Under the pieces are notes generated by a model. It was not told the DNA's origin. It did not search any database and saw only the letters and a list, made by a program, of their open reading frames with translations. From the human T2T-CHM13v2.0 reference genome, Homo sapiens: 64,000 bases of DNA. This document shows positions 1-14,429 of the stretch, one piece after another. The stretch's first letter is position 1. Each line of letters starts with the position of its first letter. A program made the position numbers and the translations under genes. The stretch lies in the NCBI RefSeq assembly GCF_009914755.1, contig NC_060932.1. One strand, written 5' to 3'.

Positions 1-310
<310 letters not shown>

Positions 311-471
311 TGTCATTTCCACCTCATAACCTTGTCATAATCACAACAGGGAAAGTGAAGGCTGGCTGAGTCCGCACTCAACCTCTCTCCAATTCCTGCC
401 CATCTCCCTAAATCCTCCTTCATTTGATTCTTAATACTATTTACATATGTTTCAGAGCAGGTTTCCACAGC

Positions 472-560
472 CTAAAATGGCAATAATCCTAGTAACATAT
501 AAGTAGGTTTTAATGCATTTAAATAAGATTACACGTTGAAAAACATAACGACGCCTGACA
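472..560 (+). mobile_element. MIR fragment
   Basis: Degenerate match to MIR core/3' part (AAAATGGcaATAAT...TTAAATaAGAT...GCCTGaCA). Confidence 0.5.
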
Positions 561-1649
561 ACAATACCCCTCACCTGCAAAATGGTAGCTGTGCTTGTTC
601 TTCTTGCTGGATTGCAGAACGCTTCTTGCTGGATTGCAGTAACTGAGGTGTGTTTACCTTTATTCCTGCAGCCCCAGCCGCAGCTTGGACCTTTGCACAG
701 ATGCTTGATAATTGTTTGTTAGAAGTCCTCCATATCCATTCAGTTCTGGGTGCTAATCCCTCAAAAGCTGGCAGCAACAGGGTTTGCTAACCTAAGGAAT
801 TCATTTGCGCTGAGACACTGTGGTCTCAACAGTTCCCAACGTTGATACATTTGCATGCTGGGGCTTTGTAATCTAAACCAAAAGAATGTTTCGTAGTGAC
901 CATTTAAGGCATTGGGGTAGTGGGAGTAGGGTAGAATAATTATTGTGGAAAAAATACCTATTGGTACTCATGAAAGTACCCTTAGAAGTAAGCTAGCCCG
1001 GGGTCCCACATGACAGCCATGACTGGGACATTTACATTTGCCAGGCTGTGCCGCTCAGTGTCGCTGGCAAAGTTTAATTATCTCCAATTTTGCCTCCCAG
1101 AGGCTCTGGAACTTTCTTCTGGCCAATGTTTTTCTTGCTTAAAACCCAATGTCCCTGGGTCACCTGGCCACGCCAGGTGCTGCAAGCATTGGATTCACAC
1201 CTTGATGTGTGTGGTACTGGGAGGCCACGCTGTCAAAAGCACATAGCAGAAAGGGGAGGGTGCCACCAGGAAGGGGAGTGAGAGGCTGGCCCTGCCTGGC
1301 CAGCAAGGACTCCAGGTTCCTGGGTCGGGGACAAGAGTGGGTGTGCATTCCCCATGGGGCATCTGATAAGGCCATGAAGGTCCCATGCTGTGGTCTCTGC
1401 CAACATAGCCATCCCAAAGCTCAGCTCTGGGTGTGCCACATGCTTACCCAGAAGGCTTGAGTGGGTCCTGATGCCTCCTGCACCACATCCTGACTTCGGG
1501 GCCCTCTGCGGCTTGGCTCCAATGGTCCCTCCAGCTTCCCTTCCCACTCATTCCTGCTCCATGGCCAAATCAAACAACTCACCTTGCCCTAAACAGCCAC
1601 AAGGCTTCCCACCTTCCCACCTTTCCCCTTGCTGTTTCTCTTTCTTGGA

Positions 1650-1915
1650 AGGCAAATCCTGTCACCTCCATCATTTGAAATCCCCTCGCTTGTCCCTCCA
1701 GGTTCAAATCAATGGCCCCCTCTGCCTGATCAACATTGGCAGGACCCCTTCTCTGTACCCATAACTGTGTGTGCTCTGTTGTGTGGCCTGCTGGTTTTCT
1801 ACTTTGTTTCATACATGCATTTGTCTTCTTTCCCTTCCTGGATTGGAAACTCTGAAAGAGCAAGGAGCTGGTCTTGTATATTTCCCCCCACAGCACTTGC
1901 ACAATGTGCTAGTTG
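1650..1915 (+). mobile_element. L2 LINE 3' end
   Basis: Resembles L2 terminus (...GAGCAAGGAGCTGGTCTTGT...CCCCCACAGCACTTGCACAATGTGCT), directly followed by simple-repeat tail. Confidence 0.55.
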
Positions 1916-1923
1916 GTTGGAAA

Positions 1924-2440
1924 GATGGATGGATGGATGGATGGATGGATGGATGGATGGGTGGATGGGTGGATGGGTAAGTGGATAGATGGATGGATGG
2001 GTGGATGGGTGGATGGGTGGATGGGCGGATGGGTGGATGGATGGATGGGTAGGTGGATGGATGGGTGGATGGGTGGATGGGTGGATGGGTGGATGGATGG
2101 ATGGATGGATGCATGGATGGGTGGATGGGTGGGTGGATGGATGGATGGGTGGATGGGTGGATGGGTGGATGGGTAGGTGGATAGATGGATGGATGGGTGG
2201 ATGGGTGGATGGGTGGATGGGTGGATGGGTGGATGGATGGATGCATGGATGGGTGGATGGGTGGGTGGATGGATGGATGGGTGGATGGGTGGATGGATGG
2301 ATGGATGGATGGATGGATGGATGGATGGATGCATGGATGGGTGGATGGGTGGGTGGATGGATGGATGGGTGGATGGATGGGTGGGTGGATGGATGGATGG
2401 ATGGATGGATGGATGGACGGATGAACAGAAGGATGGATGG
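1924..2440. repeat. (GGAT)n/(GGGT) compound tetranucleotide microsatellite
   Basis: About 520 bp of GGAT and GGGT units with recurrent variant units GCAT, GTAG and ATAG. Confidence 0.99.
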
Positions 2441-3514
2441 AAGAAGGGAGAAAGGGAAAGGAAGAGGGAGAAATGAAGGAATAAACAAAAATGAGCGAAA
2501 AAACAGAAGGCCCCTGATTGTGGTGCTCTGCCAGCTCCTCATGAGTAGCCAGAGAGGCCGGGCTCCCTGGAGACGAGGCAATAAAAGCGCACACCATCTC
2601 TGAATGGCTTCCTCCTCCCCTGCTCCCTTCCCTGGGGCCTGCCTTCAGCAGCATTCGTCACACAGGCCTGTGATCATTGAGGAAAAAACATGCAAAGGCA
2701 GAGCAGGGGTGGCCCTGCCCCGTGAAATCCTCTTGTTCAAGGGCCGCTGTCCCCACAGGAAATCAGTGAGGAAAGGACCAACCTGCTGGGCCCCTTTATT
2801 CCCTGGCCCCAACACCCCGGAAGCTAACTGCGACCACACACAGCAGGAGACACACACAATCCCCTCCGCCAGGGGGTCTCTGGTTAGCACCAGCGTCAAC
2901 AAATCCTCCATACTGCACAGACACACAAATGTCCAGCCGCAAGCCGATGCCGGAAACAAGAACAAAAGCCACATTCAACAAGGAGGCTTCAGTTAACCAG
3001 AACTCTGGCCGACGGAATCTTCACTTCATTGAGGTTTTTGTTTGTGTTTTTGTTTGTTCTGCTTTCCATCTCAGTGCCCTCTCTGGAAGAAAAAGAGAAA
3101 CCATCCAGAAAACAAGCTGACATTAAAATGCAGGCAAGAAGAGTTCCAGAAAAAAAAAAAAAAAAAAAAACTGGGGGAGCCTTTAGCATCTGGAGTTTCA
3201 GTGACAATTTTAGCAAAAGCAGCACAAGTAATTATCTCCCAAATTAGCGAACACAGCTATTTGCATGTCCAGGCTGCCCTAAGCCTGTGTCTACAAGTTG
3301 GAGGTTGCCTGTGTTTGTGGATTGATTGACCCAGTTCCCTAACCCCACACCAAACAATCCCTGGTGGTCTGTCTTCTGTTGCTTACTTTCCTTTTCCTGG
3401 TAACTGAAAAATGCGGAGAGTGTCGTGCCTAAAGCCATCTGCTGGTCATCACTTGCCTACTGCGGCACACTGAGCATGAGCACTGGCGTCCAGCAGACAG
3501 GCATTTCCTCTCCT

Positions 3515-3637
3515 GGGACCTTGGCAAGTCCCTGAATGACACAGCCTCAGGGTCCCCTCCGTGAAGTGGAGAGGATGATACCACACCCCTCTCAGGTTGC
3601 TTGAGGACTCAAAGAGGGCACTTCACACCAGCGCCCT
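3515..3637 (+). mobile_element. MIR fragment
   Basis: GACCTTGGCAAGTC...GCCTCAG...GTGAAGTGG...GTTGCTTGAGGACTCAA matches degenerate MIR core. Confidence 0.6.
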
Positions 3638-3659
3638 GTCAGGGACCCACAGTGGTTAT

Positions 3660-3860
3660 GTTCTTTCTTTCGTTTATTTACTTTTTCGAAGACAGGGTCT
3701 GTCGCCCAGTCTGGAGTGCTGTGGTGTGATCATACCTCACTGTAGCCTCAAACTTCTGATCTCAAGCGATCCTCTTGCCTCAGCCTCCCAAGTAGCTGAG
3801 ACCACAGGCGTGCGCCACCATGCCCAGCTAATTTTTAAATTTTTTATAGAGAAGAGGTCC
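3660..3860 (-). mobile_element. Alu right-arm fragment (AluJ/FRAM-like)
   Basis: T-rich tail then CTGGAGTGC...GCCTCAGCCTCCCAAGTAGCTG...CCCAGCTAATTTTT. Confidence 0.9.
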
Positions 3861-4276
3861 TAAGAAAGTACCTGGAGCAGGCTGCAGGATGCAGTTGGAA
3901 CTACACAAACATGGAGTTTCCTCTTCCTCCTTCCACTGTTGCCCACCCCAGGTCCTTGGCAATCACTCCTGGAGCCTCCTCTTGGAAGCCCTCCAGGCCT
4001 CAGGTGCTTGCTCTAGCTCCTGAGATGAGCTGTTTGGAATCATCAGACTCTGAGACACCCCCCAGATGTTGCCCTCAGGAGCTGAAGAAGATCCAGGCAA
4101 GCTCCTGCCCTCACTGAGCCACTCGGTCTCCGCACACACACTCCTTCCGTGCTTTTGCTGAGAGCAGCAGCTCAGCAATAACTTAGGAAGGCCGAGCTGC
4201 CCAAGGGAGTTAACACTCAGCCAGTGATGTCCTCACCCCCACCTGCTAATGCCTGTTCACGCTGACCACTTTTTAC

Positions 4277-4470
4277 CTGGGCACAGTGCCAGTTCCATCA
4301 CATACCTGAACTATCTCATTTAATCCTCATAACAACTCTCTGATGTAGGAACTGTTACTGTCCCAGACAGATAATGAAACTGGGGCCCAGGAAAGTAACT
4401 CTCAAGGTCACATATCTAATAAGGAGCAGAACCAGCATTTGAGCCCATGAGGCTTGGCTCTGGAGTCGAG
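4277..4470 (-). mobile_element. MIR
   Basis: TCTCATTTAATCCTCATAACAAC...GAAACTGGGGCCCAG...AAGGTCACA is the reverse MIR core. Confidence 0.8.
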
Positions 4471-4555
4471 GCCTGCACCCCTAAACCTTGGGATCTCTGT
4501 GTCTCCACACCCAGAGGCTTCAGGCAAGAGGAGTCAGGGACCCACAGTGGCTATG

Positions 4556-4890
<335 letters not shown>

Positions 4891-5707
4891 ATTTTCCACT
4901 GCCCAGTCGGAATGCCTGGCTCCTAGAGGTTGGCATCAGGCACACCTAGGAGGGTGGCACAGCCACCGTCATGACAGTTTTGAGAGGTGATGAACCCCCA
5001 TCTGTCCAAGCACTCCTCCATGACTCCCATGGTACCAACCAAATTCCAGCCTGAGAGTTACTGTTCAAGGACCTTCTTCAAGAGCCCTGCAAAGTATCCG
5101 TGGTAATGAGTTATGTTATCTGTCACGGGAACACATGAGCTAACAGACAGATTAGCTGCCTTTATCTGGGCTTAACTGTCTGTTGCAAAGAACAGAGCCC
5201 AAATGGATTATGACAGAGGATGGGGACACTTTGACTGGGGGGTGAGGAGTGGATGTTCAGGAAGCTGTCAGGGTAATGGGGTGAGGGAAGCCTGAAGGAT
5301 GGATGTGGGAGAGCCCAGAGAGAGGGCAGCTGAATGTGCATGCTACGCTTTCCTGTGCAGACCCAGGTTTGCATGCCTCGAGCTCCGTTACTCATGCTGC
5401 AGAGCTGTTACTGCCCTGTTCTAGCTGCAGCACTTAGGACTGTTGCCCATGCAGGACACTTATGATGCCCTGCTCGTCAAGAAGGCAAGCACTGGGAGCA
5501 GGGAACATGAGTGGAAATATACGTGAAGTGTTTACCATGCAGTGACTGCAAAACAGCTGGCACTCAATAAACAAGAGCTGCTATTAGCATTGTATTAAGA
5601 TAATTATGTGTTATCAATTGATCAATTGATTGATTGATCAGCATCACTCATTTATCTTCTCTGTACTCTCCATGGTACTCAGTGCAATTTGGTACCTCCC
5701 TACCCCT

Positions 5708-6182
5708 CCAGGTAGGAGGTGGGACTCAACCCTGGAGGCAGGGCTCGGACACTGAACCAAATTGAGGACTAGCTAAAACAGGGATGGGGTGGAAGCACCT
5801 TTCCATAAGACACGCCCACCAGTGTCCCATGTCAGTTTATCGTTGCCATGGCAACACCTGGATATTACTGCCCCTTTCCATGACAACAATCTGGCATCCC
5901 GGAAGTTCCAACCCCTTCTAGAAATGTTGGCATAATTCGCCCTTTAATTTGCATGTAATAAAAAGTGAGTATAAATCTGACTGCAGCACTGCCCTGAGCT
6001 GCTACTCTCAGCACATGCCTGTGGGGCAGCCCCACTCTGCAGGAGCAGGCACAGAGCTGCAACACTGCCGCCTCCATAAAGCCATTTTCTTCTACCACCA
6101 GCTCACCCTTGAAATTTTCCCTGGGCAAAGCCAGGCACCCTCTCAGGCTAAGCCCCAGTTTGGGCTCACATGCCCTGCATCA
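5708..6182 (+). mobile_element. Solo ERV1 LTR, MER66-like
   Basis: AGGTAGGAGGTGGGACTC...AAATTGAGGACTAGCTAAAACAGGG start and ...GCTAAGCCCCAGTTTGGGCTCACATGCCCTGCATCA end match recalled MER66 consensus; TATAAA at 5970. Confidence 0.75.
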
Positions 6183-6857
6183 CTCTAACTCTCTCCTTCA
6201 CTAAGGCAGCAACCACTGAGTCACAGTGAACACTGCAGACTCCAGCCTGACGGCATACACAGAGCAAAGCCTCCTGGGCTGAACCTTCCTGCCCTGGAAT
6301 CTGAGACCCTACCCTTACGAGGGAGATCCCTGGAGGGTAAACAGAGATGTCAGCCCTTGGGGACCTGCAGCAGGAGAACCACCTCTGGCCCATGAAGGAC
6401 AGTTGATCCTCCAGGGTTGCAGATGACTAGAGAGTCCTGAGCTGGCCAGCACAGGTGGCTGCATCCTCGCTCCTGTGCTCCCTGAGTATGTGTGTGTGGT
6501 GGGGGGTACTTCTGGAAGTGCTGACCTCAGATACTCACTTATGCCTCTAGTGTTTCTGCCTGACCCGCTCCTATGCTCCTATCAGACCTGGAAACCTGGT
6601 GACTGCCCACACCCTACAGACAGTCTTATCTGCAACTGGGAATCAATAGGTATTTATTGTTGATTTAATGCCCAGAGATTGTAAGAGAGCATATGGCTCC
6701 CAGGAAAGTGTGTACATGATATACAGGATCTGCAGCTGGTCTCTGCAGAAGTACTTTTGGGCTTTAACTAAGGTGCATCATGGTGCAAGGGAGATTTTTG
6801 GTTGGAAAGACATTAGAGTCTCACTTCTCATAGCCTCTCAAGGACAATGAGGAGTAC

Positions 6858-7192
6858 TGTGTCAGTCAGCTACTGCTGTAAAACAACTCCAAAACTTAAT
6901 GGCTTTACTCACATGTCCATGAGTGGAAGGTTATTGGCTGGAATGACAGAGGCCCCTCATCACCAGAAGCAGCCCAGGCTGCTGCACGTGGTGGCAGTCA
7001 CAGTGTTCCCAAAGCAGTAATAGCAGACAGGCCCCACAGCACAGGTGCTTGTCAGCCTCTGCCTGTTTCACAGGAGCCTAAGCAAGTCTCCTGACAGAGC
7101 CCCATCTCAAAGTGCGAGAGCAGTCAACGTCACAGCAAGAGGATGTGAAGCCGAGGAGGGACAAATTGTAGCCACCTTTGAGGTCTATCCCA
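6858..7192 (-). mobile_element. MaLR LTR (MLT1 family)
   Basis: TGTGTCAGTCAGCTACTGCTGT...CCAAAACTTAATGGCTT start; ...GCCACCTTTG...TCTATCCCA end. Confidence 0.65.
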
Positions 7193-7493
7193 AGGTTGAA
7201 TGAACCTGCAGGTAGGCTGACATTTACTCTTGCACTCCTCTTACCAGAACATCAAGACCAGCTCTTCTCCACTGTGCCTGACTTATCAAAATAGATCTCA
7301 ATAGATATTTGAATGGCTGCATAAATGAATAAATACACAATGCATGAAAGACAGGAAGGAATGAATTAACAAGAGGCCAGTAAGAGAGTGAGTGAATACT
7401 GTCCTAACACTCAGGGTGTCTTTTTTTAGGTCCTCAGGCCTGGGGGAAGATTCCGGAATTTGGAGAAGAAACGTAGAAACACACAACTCTTTA

Positions 7494-7998
<505 letters not shown>

Positions 7999-9113
7999 CC
8001 CCTAAACCCATGACATTACCAGTTAGAAGCTGTTCTAAATGAATGAGTCCCAGACCTCTTTTGAGGCATGCTTCCCACCTGCACTGGGAGGAGGAGAGGC
8101 CCACTCGCATTGCCACTGCTGCACCCCCTCCCTAAACCCCGAGGGCCTCTCAGGCTAGGGGCTGGGAGCAATGGGAGACTGGGGCCAGAGCTGGTTTTCT
8201 GGATTGACAGGATAGGGCGTCCCAGACCAATGGGAACTCTCAGATCCCTTTTAGCTCTAATGTTCTAGGATAAGAACTGGAACCATGACAAGCCCCTGAG
8301 TGATGCCTTCCATCACAATCAGTAATCCTGCGCTGTGGGGAAAGCAGACATCCACTGATGGCCCACACAGGGAAGCCCCTAAGAACAACAGAACAGCAAG
8401 ACAGGATCCTCAGAACATCCCCCAAACCAAGCTCCATGACCACACACAAACCCAACTTCCCTGATCTGTTATCCTGCCAGCCTCTCATGACAAAGTCCAG
8501 CTTCCTGAGTAAATTCGAACAACTCAGTCACCTAACTCAGAACTCCATACTTCAGGGAGCAAATGGCTGATGCAGCCCCCAGTGGAGCCACTGGGCCCTC
8601 ATTGCAGAATAAAAACACATCCAAAACATCAGGCACCTCCTGAGATCTCGGCGTGCCCCTTGCAGCCCACTGACTTCATCAGGATGAGGACAGGCGCTCT
8701 CTCAACTTCCCTCTCTCCCTCCTAAATTTTTCTGGGCACCTGCTCACCCTTACCTCCTTCCTTCCGCCCACAGGCTTGGATATGGCCTTTTATTACACTT
8801 CATCCAAGTGGGTTGTCTTCTTACCCTATCTTCAGTCTGTCTCCCTGCTGGCTTACAAACATTCCAGCACCCTCCCTTGTCCCCATTTGTCAATAGCATG
8901 AGATGCTGTTGATTCTCCTTCCTCATACTCTCTCCCAAGCAGGCACTTTTTCCTAACTTCCCTGCTCTTCCCTGACTCCCAGCCATGCAGGCTCAGACTC
9001 TGAGGTTCATCTTTAATAGCATCACGTGCCATGATAAAAGCCTCAAGCATTGTTGCTTGAGGATTCCTTCGTCTCTCTTCCCCATCCCCCCACACAATCA
9101 GGTGCCAGCTTCT

Positions 9114-9463
<350 letters not shown>

Positions 9464-9799
9464 TGAACCATTCCTTCTCTTCATACCCATGAACACCTTT
9501 CCTTTCACCTTCTCAGGACTACAGTCAGAGTCTTTGGGCCCTCGTTTCTCCACCATTTCCTCTCCCTTTTTAAATAAATAGCCTATTTGGGGCCAAGGCT
9601 TGTACATCCTTATATTTGATCCTCCTACCCTCCCTTTGGCCTGGAAGGATTCACCTCTGCCCTGCCACGGCCGACCCAGCCTCCAAGGTTCCCTCCCCTC
9701 AGTGCAGCCCCTCTAGGAATCCTCTCATCTCCTACCTTGCCCCCTCCCAACAACCCTCTCCCGGGAGCTGGATGTCATCTCACTGTCCTCTGCATTCCT

Positions 9800-10032
9800 A
9801 CAGCTCTGTCTCTGTACTGTCCTAAGCTGTGTATCCCTTTCTACATCGTGTGCTAGGAATCTGTGTGTTTTCCTTTCTCCCTGCTGATAAAGATTCCTTG
9901 AGAGATGTAACTACATCCTTTATATTATTACACCTTCCACAGAACTAGGATGAAGCCTTTGGATGGATTTGTTGAATGAATGAATGAAAGAATGAATGAA
10001 TGCATGCATGAGTGAGTGAGTGAATGAATGAA
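9800..10032 (+). mobile_element. L2 3' end with (TGAA)n tail
   Basis: ...ATAAAGATTCCTTGAGAG...TTTGTTGAATGAATGAATG tail. Confidence 0.6.
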
Positions 10033-11019
10033 GCCCCCAGCTTTCACAGAAGGCAGTCACAGAGTATGTGTAGCTCTCTGGGCAGGCACCTTGGGACGCT
10101 TGCCCAGAAGCAATTTTGTGTAAAAGTATCACGCGAATTATTTACCAGAGCTATGTCTCTTGACAGCAATCTACAGACACCTCTTTGTAGAAGCAATGAA
10201 ATTAAAATCTGTTGCATTAAACCTAACTCCTTAAGCAGCCCCATCTTCACCCCATCCCCCAGCCCCCCTCCAGATACATGAGGATGGAGCACAGCAGCTT
10301 CTCCCCTATTCTCAGCTTCTCCCTTATTCCTACCTGAAACTGAGTGGTCTCCCCCAACCTTGGCCACCCCGCCCCTGCCCAGGCTCAGCCATTGAGTTTA
10401 CATCTTTTAGCCTAATTCATTTTCTAGATAGATGGAGCAAATACCTAGCAAATATTATTTATGGCTTTGTGATAAATAAGCCTTTTACAGAAGTTTTTCA
10501 AGGAGTTCTGGGGAATTTCAAGGATAACTTTCAGCAAGTTTCAAAGGTCGGGTCAGGCTGGGATACTGAGCCCATAGTATTTGCCGGGCCGTTCATCTGT
10601 TTTGAATTATTGGCCTTATCAAGCTTCCGCGGGCTCTCAATGGAGGAGCTGTGCTGTAGCTCTCAGGCTGTATTTTATTTCCATCGTGGGCAACGGTCTT
10701 TAATGATTATTTGTGCTAGACTGACAGTGGGGAGAAAGAAAAAAGGGGTCTTCATGAAATTCAGGCTCCCGCAGATGTGCTGGGAAAGATGTTCCTACCT
10801 GCCTGGCCACCCCTGCCCGTGTGCCCCCAACCCCGCACACAGGGTGATGGCATCCCCCCGCGTGCAGCCAAGAGGACTTGGCGGCACAGAGTGGAGGTCA
10901 GAAAGGGCAGAGTTTTCCCAAGGGTCCGGGAAGCATGGGCCCTTTTCTGATGTATGAACAAACACACATCTGATTCTGTGCAGACTTGCAAATGTAGCTT
11001 CTTGGGAGCAGAGACCGCG

Positions 11020-11115
11020 TTTTGTTCAACTCCACAGCCTCGGAACCTAACACTCTGTCTGCACATAGTAGGTGCTCAATAAATGTTGGTTGGATTGGGT
11101 TGGATTGGATTGGTT
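11020..11115 (+). mobile_element. L2 3'-terminal fragment with (TTGGA)n tail
   Basis: GCACATAGTAGGTGCTCAATAAATGTTGGTTGGATTG. Confidence 0.75.
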
Positions 11116-12789
11116 TGAATCAAGTTGAATCGGTCTCCTACTCCCTCCCTTCTAACTGTGGTTTCCTTCCACAGAGGCTTTGTGGGTTTTTTAAAAAAAT
11201 TTCTTCTCTTTCCTTTTGCATTTATTGTTGTTGGGTTTTTGTTGTTGGTTTTTTTCTCTCATTAGTTTATTTTGGTTGTTTGGATTTGATTTTGACTTAC
11301 TCTCAGAACGGATTTGCTTGAGGCAGAAGTTTGGCCTAGAATGCAAAGTTCTTTCCAGATCTAGACATTTCTCCCAAGATGATTTGGCAAAATTTTCCAT
11401 TCCTGAGACCTAAGACTATCCGCCTGTTACTCTAGAAGTGATGTGAAACAAAGAATGAAAGATGCTCTCTCATTGTACATTCTTTTATATTGGTATCGCT
11501 CTCTTACAGCTTTGAAAATGGATTTTCCATAGCCTTTTCTACTAATCTGATACCTTTACTGGCAGTTCCACCAGGCACACATGGGTTCTTAAAAAAGACT
11601 TGGTGAAGTGAATTGAATGCAGAAAGTCTGGATTTGTTCACCTCTTTCGCTGTTTGTTTTTAACTTCAGAAGGTAGAAAAATGTCTCCTCCTGTGAGAAA
11701 TCAATCAAGGGCTCTCTTTGTCTTTAGACTAAGGCACGTTCTGCTAGATTCCCGTCTTATAAACATCTGTCCCTCTCACTTTATGTGATAAATATGGCCT
11801 GAAGAAGTGCTACCTTTGCTATTTTTAAAAAATCAAATTATATTTAAATGCACTTGTGGACATTTAAAGAAACATCTTCTAAACATGAATAACTCACTAA
11901 TTTACCTACCTGTCCAATCTGAGTCTTTCACATTGGGTTTGCTCAAGGAAACTTTCTCTCTTCTTTGTTCTTCTTTCAGAAAAGACAATTGCCAGTGGAA
12001 TCTCCTTCCTCAGACATAGAAGCCAGGACTGAGGCCCCAGGAGGGCAGGCCTGTTAGCCAGAATTGTATCTGGGCCCAAATAGAAGGCTGACTCCAAAAA
12101 AAGAGGTTTAGTAAATGAGAAAAAGCTGAGATCACTAGTACCCAAAGAGGTCATTAAATCATGAGGGAGGACCCAGGCCGGAGGATGTGATGGGATGGAG
12201 TGGCAGGAAAAGAAAATAGAAAATAATAAGCCCATTGGGCCAGAAAAATTAAAACCCCATGACAAAGGCCTTTGATGTTGTTGGATTTCACTTGCTCTTG
12301 CATCCAGCTCTCTGCCAGGCCAGGTACTAAAGCCCAAGGACAGAGTCAGCCGGGTTCCCGGCTTGTCTTCCTGGTGACCTTGGGTTTCTACCAGCCCTTC
12401 CAGCTTCTGGATGTGAACCTTCCAGCAGAGTCCTCTGTTCATAAAGACATCCTCAGCCTCCACTGTCCTAACCTTCAAATCTGTTAATACTCAACTCCAC
12501 AAATGATGGAGGGATGACGGGTGCCTGCCATGGTGAATACTTCAGATCTATTTCATAAGGAAAAGCATCCTTTAGTAAAAAGAAGAGAAAAATGAAGCTT
12601 TTTCCCTAGTACTTCAAAGCACGTGGGGCCCAGTGGCACTTCCTGCACCAGGGCTTTCTGCACCATCTTCTCCTGGGTCTTTGCTTTGTCTGCTCTGAGT
12701 GGATTGTGTGCCAATTTCTCCTTCCTCTCCTGGAGAACCCCTTTTCTTTTCAGCACCATCCCAAGGACGGGATAAAGTCCTGGTGGTTT

Positions 12790-13114
12790 GCTCTAGTTAA
12801 CTATTGCTGTGTATCAAACCACTCCAAAACTTAAGTCGTTTAAGACAACAATATACTATGGTTCATGTATATGTTGACTAAGTCAGCCAGGCAGTTCTCG
12901 TTTAGGGTCTCTCATGGGCTATATTCAGATAAATGGAGCCCGGATATGGATCACCTAGAGTCTGAATGTGACTGGACCTCCAAGATGAATCATGCACATG
13001 GCTGATGGTTGACATTGACTGTCAGCAGCTCAGCTGTGCTGTTATCCAAAGCACCTCCATGTGGCTTCACCAGATGGCCTGGACTTCCCACATGATCGTG
13101 GCCAAGTCCCAAGA
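12790..13114 (-). mobile_element. MaLR LTR (MLT1 family), interrupted by Alu
   Basis: TAGTTAACTATTGCTGTGTA.CAAACCACTCCAAAACTTA...TCCAAGATG...CACATGGCTG...CACCTCCATGTGGC. Confidence 0.7.
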
Positions 13115-13116
13115 GG

Positions 13117-13443
<327 letters not shown>

Positions 13444-14429
13444 GAAAATCTATGGAACTCAGCTGTGTCACATACTCAGAAATGTCCCGGTGCTCCCCCC
13501 GTGTGCTTTATTTATTTTTATTTTTTTTAAGATAACAGAATTGGAAACCAAACATCAAACTGCTTCCTGGGGGGTCTTCTCTGGACTTATAATTAAGAAT
13601 AAAAGGTAACCAAAAGAAAGGAGAAAAAGGCATGGAGGGAAAAGTGAAAACGCAACTTAAAAAAAAAAATGAACATTGAGAGTTTGAATAATTCCAAAAC
13701 CCTTTCTGTTTAAAAGCAAAGTAAATCTTCCAGAGCATCAAAGCCCTGTAGAGAGCAAATGGGGTTTATAGTGAAGATCCTAAATCCCCAATCTGAAGAC
13801 TGCCCCTCCCCCACTGGTGCTAAGAGCAGAGGCACCAAGCCATTCACTCGTCCCCTGCAGGAGTAAGTAGGTTTTCCTCCAGCCTGTCGCGGGCTCCTTC
13901 CTGAACCATCCGGGAATGTCTCTGCTCTGAGGGTCTCTCTCTCCCCTAAAGAATCCCTGTCCACCTCTGTAGGGGGCATCTGGGAAATGGGTGGAGGACA
14001 CAGCGGGGCGGCGACTGGCCCCTTCCTTGCTGTGTGGCACAGGGAAATCTGCCCCCACCCTGTGCCCAGGCCCGATCACGCATGAGGCTAAAGACGGTGT
14101 GTGTGAAGCTGCTTCCAGTTTCTTGTAGGATTATACAGCTGTAAAGAGGGCCAGGAAGAGAGAGGGGGATATTGTGATTTGCATTTTGCACTCCTGATCT
14201 TAAAAAATTTGTATCCCAGCAGGTTTGGGAAAAAGAGCCCTGGATGGAGAGTTTCACAAGCTGGGGTCTGACCTATTTCACCACCCACTAACTGTGGGTC
14301 TTCCATTTTCCCACCTCACCAGGCCACGCGGAGAAGCAGCTCTGCTCCCCTCCCTCTGAGGGGTAGGGGGACACCCTCACCCCTCAACCCTTTGAAGCCA
14401 CTCATTTGTCCCCGGCTGCCTCCTTTCAG

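Noticed and set aside
1924-2440. Repeat array as CRISPR-like or telomeric
   Set aside because: No unique spacers or cas genes, not TTAGGG; ordinary eukaryotic simple repeat.
1799-2654. Long ORFs (up to 281 aa) rich in HPSI or MDGW
   Set aside because: Translations of the stop-poor GGAT microsatellite in several frames; no coding signal.
2866-2879. CTCF-like motif CCGCCAGGGGGTCT
   Set aside because: Mismatch at the conserved 3' GGC positions; one partial motif is not enough.
10469-10957. 162-aa ORF in unique DNA
   Set aside because: Non-ATG start, no recognisable domain, no supporting exon structure.
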